Source: Lama glama (taxonomy: Eukaryota). Taken from it: a DNA stretch of 64,000 bases. A program made the position numbers and the translations under genes. The notes under the pieces are model-generated. The model was not told where the DNA came from, ran no database searches, and saw nothing but the letters and a program-made list of their open reading frames with translations. This document shows, one piece after another, positions 13,483-22,515 of the stretch. Location: the NCBI GenBank assembly GCA_028534125.1, contig CM052816.1, forward strand, positions 63,180,001-63,244,000, read 5' to 3'. Numbering within the stretch: position 1 is the first letter of the stretch; each line of letters begins with the position of its first letter.

Positions 13483-13722
13483 TTTTTTTTTTTTTTTAAT
13501 GGGGCAAGCAGCAGCACTGGCACACAAAGCTCATCCTCACAGTGCTGCTGGATGTCTTAGACCCTCCACCCCTCAGGACCCACACCATCCTAGTCTGGTC
13601 TACCACGGGCCACTGTAACCTCAAGTCTGCACCGAGCGAGGCCTCCAGAACTGCCCTCACCAAGTCAACCTACTTCCTGGTACCAGCAGAAGACTTCCGC
13701 AGGACGTGACACCGTGACTTAC
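13483..13722 (-). pseudogene. Retrocopy of an unidentified 225-nt GC-rich RNA, with poly(A) tail and TSD
   Basis: T15 at 13483-13497. Direct repeat AGCAGTCTTTT at 13476-13486 and 13723-13733. The body is unrelated to the surrounding L1, which is continuous on either side. Confidence 0.85.
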
Positions 13723-13881
13723 AGCAGTCTTTTCGTAATGCTCACATAATCCCATCTTTGACCAGAAGGAGCCCCTTCAGATAGACACCTACGTCCTACT
13801 GGTATGACTTACGATGTCTTTGATGGCTTATACTTTCAGGCACAGGTAGATGTTCCAGATTTATTTCCTGCCTAAGACAAA

Positions 13882-14472
13882 TGTATTGGTTTGGGTTCCC
13901 CAAAGAACAGAGTCAATAGGAAATAAATAAAGAGAGAGAGACAGAGAGAGAGAGAAATTTACTATAAGGAATTGATTCAGTCTACGGCCATACCACCCTG
14001 AATGCGCCCGATCTTGTCTGATCTCAGAAGCTAAGGAGGGTCGGGCCTGGTTATTTGGATGGGAGGAATTGATTCATGCAATTACAGAGGCTGAGAAGTC
14101 CAAGATCTGCAGTCAGCAAACTGGAGACCCAGGACAACCAATAGTATAATTCTGGTCCAAGTCCAAAAGCCTGAGAAGTAGGAAAGCCAATGATGTAAGT
14201 TCCAGCCTGAGCCCAAGTCCAAAGCAAGGGAAGACTGATGTCCCAGCTTGAAGACAGGTGGAGAAAGAGAATTCTCTTACTCAGCCTTTTTATTCTACTC
14301 AGGCCTTCAACCAATGGGATGAGGCCCTCCCACTTCAGGGAAGACAATTTGCTTTACTCAGTCTACTGATTCAGATGTTAATTCCATCCAGAAACATCCT
14401 CACAGTCACACACAACCATAATATTTAAGCAAATATCTGGGCACCCCATGGCCCAGTCAAATTGATACATCC
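13882..14472 (-). mobile_element. ERVL LTR (MLT2-like), interrupted by a 5S rRNA copy
   Basis: AGGAATTGATTCATGCAATTACAGAGGCTGAGAAGTCCAAGATCTGCAG...GCCCAGTCAAATTGATACAT is the MLT2 reverse complement. Confidence 0.88.
13980..14065 (+). pseudogene. 5S rRNA retropseudogene, 3'-truncated and tailless
   Basis: GTCTACGGCCATACCACCCTGAATGCGCCCGATCTTGTCTGATCTCAGAAGCTAAG...GGTCGGGCCTGGTTA...TTGGATGGGAG matches about the first 89 nt of mammalian 5S rRNA. 13-bp TSD AGGAATTGATTCA. Confidence 0.97.
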
Positions 14473-14559
14473 AGCCAACAAGCAAAACAATTCAGCCACT
14501 TTTCCATAATACACACTCAAAGCAAAAAGTAAGGGTGGTAACATCTTGTCTAGACACAA

Positions 14560-14935
14560 GCTTTATACTACACTAAGGGACAGGCAGATCTGTGTACAAA
14601 CATCCTGGGTAGTTTCAGTTACCATGCCTTTACGAGAATATAGAGGCATGGCAGAGTTTGGAGAAAGAATCATGAAAAATGATTAAAGAAACAGAAAATG
14701 TGTCCAAAGAGGGAATATTAAGGAACTTGCCTGAAAAGAGAAAACTAAAGAATGATTTCATGAATATCCTTAAGTTAGAAAGTTTTTTCCAAAGGGTGGT
14801 GGTGTGCCGTCAACACCATGTTATAAATAACTCTGCTAGAGAAGAGGGGGTTAAAACAGGGGATATCTGGCTCCACCTAGAGAATGTCAAAATCACCCAG
14901 GCTCAGGTCTGGAGGTGACCTTTTCAAATCCAGAA
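14560..14935 (+). mobile_element. CR1/L3 fragment, ancient
   Basis: TTAAGGAACTTGCCTGAAAAGAGAAAACTAAAGAATGATTTCATGAATATCCTTAAG resembles the CR1 ORF2 3' region. Confidence 0.55.
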
Positions 14936-14986
14936 AATGAATCATCCAGATAATTCAGGAATTTACTTAAGTGCTAAGACTATTTC

Positions 14987-15486
14987 NNNNNNNNNNNNNN
15001 NNNNNNNNNNNNNNNNNNNNNNNNNNNNNNNNNNNNNNNNNNNNNNNNNNNNNNNNNNNNNNNNNNNNNNNNNNNNNNNNNNNNNNNNNNNNNNNNNNNN
15101 NNNNNNNNNNNNNNNNNNNNNNNNNNNNNNNNNNNNNNNNNNNNNNNNNNNNNNNNNNNNNNNNNNNNNNNNNNNNNNNNNNNNNNNNNNNNNNNNNNNN
15201 NNNNNNNNNNNNNNNNNNNNNNNNNNNNNNNNNNNNNNNNNNNNNNNNNNNNNNNNNNNNNNNNNNNNNNNNNNNNNNNNNNNNNNNNNNNNNNNNNNNN
15301 NNNNNNNNNNNNNNNNNNNNNNNNNNNNNNNNNNNNNNNNNNNNNNNNNNNNNNNNNNNNNNNNNNNNNNNNNNNNNNNNNNNNNNNNNNNNNNNNNNNN
15401 NNNNNNNNNNNNNNNNNNNNNNNNNNNNNNNNNNNNNNNNNNNNNNNNNNNNNNNNNNNNNNNNNNNNNNNNNNNNNNNNNNNNNN
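14987..15486. other. Assembly gap (500 N)
   Basis: Run of N. Confidence 1.
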
Positions 15487-15506
15487 CTTGAGCTATATCA
15501 TCCCCC
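15487..15506 (-). mobile_element. 5' end of a Vic-1-like SINE running into the gap
   Basis: Reverse complement GGGGGATGATATAGCTCAAG matches the heads of the other copies. Confidence 0.75.
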
Positions 15507-16074
15507 TAATTTTATTTATTTTTTTTATTTTTATTTTTTTTTAGATTCCACATATGAGCGATCTCATATGGTATTTTTCTTTCTCTTTCTGGTTTACTTC
15601 ACTTAGAATGACATTCTCCAGGAGCATCCATGTTGCTGCAAATGGCATTATGTTGTTGGTTTTTATGGCTGAGTAGTATTCCATTGTATAAATATACCAC
15701 CATTTCTTTATCCGGTCATCCATTGATGGACATTTAGGCTGTCTCCATGTCTTGGCTATTGTAAATAGTGCTGCTATGAACATTGGGTTGCAGGTGCCAT
15801 TTTGAAGTAGGGTTCCTTCTGGACATATGCCCAGGAGCGGGATTCCTGGGTCATACAGTAAGTCTATTCCTAGTTTTTTGAGGAATCTCCATACTGTTTT
15901 CCACAGTGACTGCACCAAACTGCATTCCCACCAGCAGTATAGGAGGGTTCCCCTTTCTCCACAGCCTCTCCAGCATTTGTCATTTGTGGATTTTTGAATG
16001 ATGACCATTCTGACTGGTGTGAGGTGATACCTCATTGTAGTTTTGATTTGCATTTCTCTGATAATTAGTGATAT
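15507..16074 (-). mobile_element. Young 5'-truncated L1 with an open ORF2 C-terminal frame
   Basis: ORF 15541..16053 (170 aa) is uninterrupted, MQIKTTMRYHLTPVRM...KYHMRSLICGI*. Zn-knuckle [18 protein letters not shown] has His replaced by Tyr. Confidence 0.95.
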
Positions 16075-16295
16075 TTTATTTCTTATTGAGTGTAGTTGAT
16101 TTACAATGTTAGTTTCAGGTGTACAGCAAAGTGATTCAGTTAAACATATATATATACATTTTTTTCAGATTCTCTTCCATTATATGTTATTATAAGAAAT
16201 TGAATATAGTTTCCTGTGCTATATAGTAGGTCCTTGTTGTTTATCTGCTTTATATATAGTAATGTATATCTGTTAATCCCAAACTGCTAATTTCT
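16075..16295 (-). mobile_element. Second L1 3' tail abutting the young L1
   Basis: TTGAGTGTAGTTGATTTACAATGTTAGTTTCAGGTGTACAGC...CCCAAACTGCTAATTT. Confidence 0.9.
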
Positions 16296-16928
16296 AGAGC
16301 TCATTTTTATTTGCAAGGGTGAGAACAGGGGCAAAATGAGTGAGCTTAGTAAACACAGATACTGCTAAACACTCCACAGACCACAGAATAAAGAGGTCTC
16401 TATTTAATCTAATGTCAAATTAGGCAGCCTGGATGTAAACATGAGGACAATGCTTCTCACAGGAAATAACTCTGGGGTTTTTGGCCATCCCAGAAGAGAA
16501 AGTTATTAACAGGATTCTTAGAATAATTCCTCTCCTCTAATTTAGTAGGTGGGACTCAGGAGTTGGATGACTGGAGGAAAAAGCACTGACAAGAATAACT
16601 GTTTAAAAGGATTTCCTCAAGAAAGGTTGACTCAAGGACAGCAGTGTAATGCTGCTTTCAGGAGCCAAGAGAGCAGAACAAGGGAATTTCACAAAGAACA
16701 CACACTGTGGCAGAGGAAATAACTCCAACAGTTTTAATAAAGCTATAAATATTTTTTTCTCCATGCTCTCTCAAGCCCAGCAGCTACTTTCTATTTCTAT
16801 ACCTTTCTTTTCCCTCTCTTTGACTGACAACTGACAAGAAAGGACACCAAGGTAAAAGCTGACTGCTTCCTTAATAAATTGTTTGACTACACTTCACCGA
16901 GCCCAGATTAGACGGAAAATACCTATAT

Positions 16929-17401
16929 ACACAGACCCTGATTTACGATGGCTTGACTTACAATTTTCCAACTTTATGATGGCATGAAAGTGGTACAAAT
17001 TCAGTAGACACTGTACTTCAGCTTTTGAATTTTGATCTTCTCCTGGGCTGGCAACACGCGGTATGGTGCTCTCTCCTGATTTTGAGCAGGATCATGAGGG
17101 TAAACAACTCTACATTTACAACCATCCTGCACCCACATAACATTTCTGTTTTTTACTTCTAGTACAGTGTTTAATAAATTACATGATATTTTTAGCACTT
17201 TATTATAAAATAGGCTTCGTGTTAAATGATCTTGCCCAGCTGTAGGCTAACATAAGTGTTCTAAACAGGTTTAGGGTAGGCTAGGCAAAGCCATGAGGTT
17301 CAGCATGCTAGACATATTAAATGTATTTTCAACTTCAGTTATTTCCTATTTTTGATAGGTTTATAAGGACATAACCCCACTGTAAATCGAGGGAGACATA
17401 T
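16929..17401 (-). mobile_element. TcMar-Tigger non-autonomous DNA transposon (MER47/Tigger5-like)
   Basis: Degenerate terminal inverted repeats (CCCTGATTTACGATGG ... CCACTGTAAATCGAGGG) and internal TTTATTATAAAATAGGCTTCGTGTTAAATGAT. Confidence 0.85.
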
Positions 17402-17721
17402 AGTCAACTTCTCTCCACGGTCATCCATTGCATATGTATGTGCATACATACACATACACACATATATATTATTCAATAAGAATAAAACAGGTTTGTTCCC
17501 TCATAACCAGAATGGTGCCAATTGGTGCTATTTTTCCATGGGACTCTGAATTAATATATCTAAGTTACCACAAATCCTTCTGTTGAGACAGTTACTGAGA
17601 GACTGATGCCGGCAAAATCTTGAATCCAACCCTTTTCCCCTTTATCTCCATCCTTATACTTCAGAAAATGTTTGACAAAGAGGAAAGCTCAAAAAGATAT
17701 TTTCAGGTTTTCAAGTACCTG

Positions 17722-18223
17722 TCTATAGTGTGCTGAATGGTGCCCTCTCCTTCCCACAAAAAAGGGTATGTCTAGATCTCTATAACTTTGAAAATGACCT
17801 TATAGGATGAAAGAGTAATTACTACATTATGTGGCAAAAGATGTGCTTAAGTAAAAGGACTTGAAAGGGGGAACTTCTCTGGATTAACCAGGTGAGATCT
17901 AAATGCAGTCATACGTACCCTTCTAAGATAGAGGTAGAGGAAGTATTGGAACAGACACACAGAGAAGAGACCCAAAGGGCGGAGAAGGCAAAGTGAAGGC
18001 AGAGACAGAGGCTGGGGTGACGGAATGTCAAGGTATGCCAGCAGCCACCAGAAGTAGAGAAGCAAGGAATGAATTCTCCTCGAGAGCCTCAGGAGGTGGC
18101 ACGGCCCTGCTGATATCTTTATTTGGGACTTCTGGCCTCCAGAACTGTGAGAAAATAAATTTCTATTGTTTTAAGCCATTACACCCGTGGTAATTTGTCA
18201 CAGTAGCCACAGGAAATTAATAC
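17722..18223 (+). mobile_element. MaLR solo LTR (MLT1C/D-like)
   Basis: GACTTCTGGCCTCCAGAACTGTGAGAAAATAAATTTCTATTGTTTTAAGCCA...GGAAATTAATACA. Confidence 0.9.
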
Positions 18224-18599
18224 ACTGTCCAATCCACACTGTCTTCATTGGAAAAGCCCATGATAAAGCACTAGGCCTAAGCTGCTGCGAGACCTGCTAC
18301 TGTTTCTACCAGGTAACGAAGACCTCCCACTGCAGCAAGTGGGAGAAGCAGACACCGACTCAAGGCCAACAGGCTAGCATGAGTCAATCAGGTTCTCCTT
18401 CTCAGGAATCAGAACTAAGAGACATAAAAAACTTTGGAACACCATGTTGGTCCCCAGAGCTGTAATGTCACATCAGTCTGAGACCAGAGTTAGTGCCACA
18501 GAAAGCCAAAGACACTTGCAAGCTTAAGTTATGGGAGAGTTAAGGTGCTATCCTCAGTAATCTGAGGAATGGGAAAATGAAGAACTGAGAAAAAAAGAA

Positions 18600-20095
18600 T
18601 CAAATATCAGAGATCTCACTTCATACTTCACAGGGAAACTAAGTGCAATCAGATAAGAATGGTATTTTCCCACCACCAAACTCTCATCCTACCTGAATCT
18701 GTGTCGACGCATTTCATTTTTCTTCCCACAACGGAGCAGTTATCTATCCTCACTCTTTCCCTTGTCTTGCCTCCAACCCAATGCAATGAGGATTTTGCCC
18801 CATTGCTTCCCTGATACAACTCGTATTAAAGTCACAAACAACCACAAAGCCCTCAGCTTACTTGACAGAGCTGCTGTTTCTTGAAACAAGGTTTTCTGTT
18901 TTATGACAGGAGGTTTCCTCCTGTTTTCTCCATTCTCTTTTGTCTTGTTGACTGGCTTTTCTTCTACCAAACCTCTAAGGGCTTTCATGCCTCCAGGGCT
19001 CTGCTTTTGACTCTCTTCTGATCTTTATCCAGATTCTCTTCCTAGCTAATCTCCTTCAATCCCTTGACTTTAAACAATGTAAACACATTCTGCACATTCT
19101 AACAATTCAACTTTACATCAGCAGTCTTGGTTTCTCCCTGAACACCACACTCAAGCATCCAACCACGTATTTTACATTTTCTTATGGCTGTCTGAAATTA
19201 TCTCACACTTAACATAGCCAAAAGAACGTCTGATCCCTCAGTCCACATCTTCCTAGATACAGAGGGACTTACTCATCTGCCTCTTTTCAACAGACGGCAC
19301 CAACATCCACTCAGTTCTTCAGGTCAAAAATTCTACAGGACATCCTCAATTCCTCTCCTTGCCTCCTATTCCATATCTAATCCATCTGCAAGTCCCACGA
19401 GCTCTATTTCCAAAACTTATCCTGACTCTGACCACCCCTCACCAGTCCTTTACCACCACCTCATCATCCTCTCTCACTAAATTTCTACAACAGCTTTTAA
19501 CCACAGTCAGTTCTACAAATAGCAGAAAGATCAGTTACTATATTGCTTGTCACTCTTTGATAAATTTCCATTGCATCCACATCAAAATATAAATTTCTTA
19601 CCAAAGTCGAAAGGCTCTGTATGATCTGTCCTCTGCTTACTCCTTTGACATTATCTCCCTTACTCTTCTCCTCAGTCCTTTCATTTGAACCACACCAGCC
19701 TTATTTCCAAGCCTCACCCATTTCAAGTTCAATTCTGTTTCAGGGACTCTGTACTTTGTGTTCCTTCTAGTTGGAAGTGTCTTCCCCAGATCTTCATGGG
19801 CCCGACCTCCTCTCATAATTCAAATGTCACCTGCTCACAGAGGCCTTTCCTGAACACCTCAGCCAAAGAAGAACCTCCTGCCCCATCACTGTCTATCTCA
19901 TTTCCCCCATTTTATGTTCTTCATAGTATTTACCAGTAACTGAAATTATTCTACTAACCCATTTGCCTGTTTACCGTTCAAATCGCCCCACTGTAACATC
20001 CACTCCTTGAGGCAACGACTTTGATTTCTTTGCTCTTGTGTCCCCAAGTACTTGGTGTACAGCAGGTACCTAGTCAGTATTTACTGACTTACTCA
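18600..20095 (+). mobile_element. Long L2 fragment (about 1.5 kb)
   Basis: L2 motifs throughout (CTCACACTTAACATAGCCAAAA; TCAAATGTCACCTGCTCACAGAGGCCTTTCCTGA), plus an L2-type 3' end near 20090. Confidence 0.82.
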
Positions 20096-20599
20096 CCGAC
20101 TCGAGGATCCTCTGAAAACCCTTTAATTCCAATCCTCCTTAGGCTTTGTTGTACATCACTTCCTGTCCTTGAGTAGATGACACAAATTGTTACCTTCTTT
20201 TAATTATCTTCTTTAATTTGTGCCAGTCTGAGTTTCTCATCTTTGTAGCCAGTCTTGATAAAGTTGTGGAAATGATGTCATATCCTGAATTTGGACATTA
20301 ATTAAAGATCCCTAATAGTAAGGCTGAGAACGTGGGGTACAAAATAATGTGCAGGGCTAGCAGCCCCCCTTTGTCTATGCCAACCCTTGTTTTCCTGATA
20401 CAGGCATACTATATGACTTCCAAAGCCTACCTGAGGAGCTAGGCATGATACCTCCATAGATTACACCTCCTTTCTGCTGCTAAATAATTCTCCCCAGGAG
20501 GGCAAATGAAACCTGAGAGATGGATAAACTAGCTCTTAACTTGCCAAGAGCACTGAACATAAAGCAGGTTTAAGATTTTATCTAGTCATTAATGCAAGG

Positions 20600-20745
20600 C
20601 ACCATGAAAACAGCACCGGCCTCAGAGTCCAAGACCCGAGCTTGAGCTCCGGGCTGCCCCTACTTAGTTGCATTAGCTTGGCAGGGGACTTAGCTCTTTT
20701 CTTGTCTATAAAATAAGGATGTTGGACCAGCTGACCACAATGCTC
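20600..20745 (+). mobile_element. MIR fragment
   Basis: AAAACAGCACCGGCCTCAGAGTCCAAGACCCGAGCTTGAGCTCC...TGTCTATAAAATAAGGAT. Confidence 0.65.
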
Positions 20746-21494
20746 TCTATGATTACTATCCAGCTGTGTACCTGCTTCTTTTTTGTTGGTTCCCTTCTCA
20801 CTTTCCTAAGAGAATCAAAGTTCTGCAAAAGTAGCTGTCTAAGTTTCACGTGCAGCACACTTCTGCTCCCATAGACGTGCACGTGGCTCCCCCCACAGAG
20901 ACACACGTTGATGACCAGTTCACACCTGTCTGGTTGGACACACATAGTGGCAAGCTGGAGTTTTATTGGGTTTTTTGCACTGAAGGATAGCAGGCCTCCT
21001 ATTCCTTTCAGCTCAAGGGTGGTTTTGTTTGCTTGTTTAGCTGGACGAAAAACACACATTTATTCAGGTGCTCAGTTATGAAGTGAAATGTGGCTCCACA
21101 CAACCAGATCGCAGGCAGTGAACTTCAGACGGTAAGCTGTAAACCCCCACACACTCAGGCTGAGCAAGCCAGCTTCTTACCAGAGGTTTTCAGAGCGGAG
21201 GTGAAATGCAGACTGCAAAATGCCGGGCTGTGTCTATCTTCAGCAACACATACGCACATGTTCCAACTGATGGTATGATGACTGCAGGTTAAACTGAATC
21301 TCCCAGCAAATGAATCTCTGGGTATGAAGCCTTAATGGACAAACAGCTAAGCCGGTTTTCATCTCCTTGAACCTCTCTGCATTTTTCTAGGCTTCCCATG
21401 AGATGGGGGCAGGGGGCTGACAGGGAGTAAGACAGCTCTTAGTAGGTCGCTCCCTGCCCACACTGCCCTGGTGTACAGCCCCTAAGTGAGCACC

Positions 21495-21948
21495 CACATC
21501 TTGATTTAGAATACCATCCTCCAAGGAAGAGGACCAGGGCTCTTTAGAGAAAGGGCTGATTCCAGGACTGAGGCAGGAAATGTATAAGGTGAGGCCAGAG
21601 CTTCTCCAAGAACCAGAAGTAAGAAAATCTTCCAATAAAATTAAAAACCACAATGATGGGAGTATGTCAACACGTGAAAGAGTTCCCAAAGGCCAAACTG
21701 GAACAATTTGAGCAATAAAGTAGTATCGATTTATAACCCCCAAAATGAAATTATATCCACAAGTCCATATTGATGTGAATACACGACTAACTAAACAAGT
21801 AAGTGGGGGAGAGTGGACAAATTTCTCTGGCAAAATTCCAAATAACGCCCCACTTTTTAAAGTAAAGGCTGCTTAGAGTGTCTTCCTTCCAAAAAGTACG
21901 GGAAGGAAAAAAAGAGTAATTCTGCAATGGAGAAACCTGACTCACACC

Positions 21949-21991
<43 letters not shown>

Positions 21992-22515
21992 CCTCAGCCA
22001 GGTGGTCAAGGCTCACACCAACAGTGAGAAGTCATGGTAACTGTGTGAGGAGAACAGGACTTTATCTCTATGGTCTTTATCCCCAAAATCCGCAACCCCA
22101 GTGAAATCATGAGAAGCATATAAGACCAATTTCATTTACAGGACAATCTTCAAAATACCTGACCACTACTTCTCAAAACTGTCAAGGTCATCAAAAACAA
22201 GGAAAGTTTGAGAAGCTATCACAACCAAAAGGAGTCTAAAGGAAAACATGCCAACTAAACGTCCTGTGGTATCCTGGATGGGATCCTAGAGCAGGAAAAG
22301 GATGGCGTGGGGAAACAGGAAATCTGAATAAAGTGAAGTATGGACATTAGTTTATGACCATGTATCAGTGCTGGTTCATGAAATGTCACTAACACACTAC
22401 ACTAATGTGAGACGTTAATAACAAAGAAAATTGGGTATGGGGTATATGAGAGATCTCTACTACCTTTGCAATTTTTCTCTATGTCAAAAACAATTCTAAA
22501 ATTAAGTGCTTATTT
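21495..22515 (+). mobile_element. Old L1 3' UTR (L1MC/L1MD-like) with (CA)n at about 21950-21988
   Basis: CTTCTCAAAACTGTCAAGGTCATCAAAAACAAGGAAAG; GGTATCCTGGATGGGATCCTAGAGCAG; TTTGCAATTTTTCT...ATTCTAAAA. Confidence 0.85.

Larger units (their letters stand above)
12057..13880 (-). mobile_element. Old L1 (L1MC-like) 3' UTR hosting nested insertions
   Basis: Pieces at about 12057-12670 and 13310-13880 (ATGCTCACATAATCCCATCTTTGACCAGAAGGAGCCCCTTCAG) resemble the L1MC4/5 3' end. Confidence 0.65.

Noticed and set aside
13509..13550. Iron-responsive element or SECIS in the retrocopy hairpin
   Set aside because: CAGTGC sits in the stem with no IRE upper helix or bulged C, and there is no SECIS apical AA with a GA quartet.
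13980..14065. Functional 5S rRNA gene
   Set aside because: It lacks about 30 nt of the 3' end and the terminator, has a damaged internal promoter and is flanked by a TSD.
14937..15606. Long ORFs of 184 and 211 aa
   Set aside because: Artefacts of translating through Ns.
15541..16053. 170-aa ORF (and 237..701, 28121..28656, 45015..45413, 56337..57712) as host genes
   Set aside because: All are L1 ORF2 remnants.
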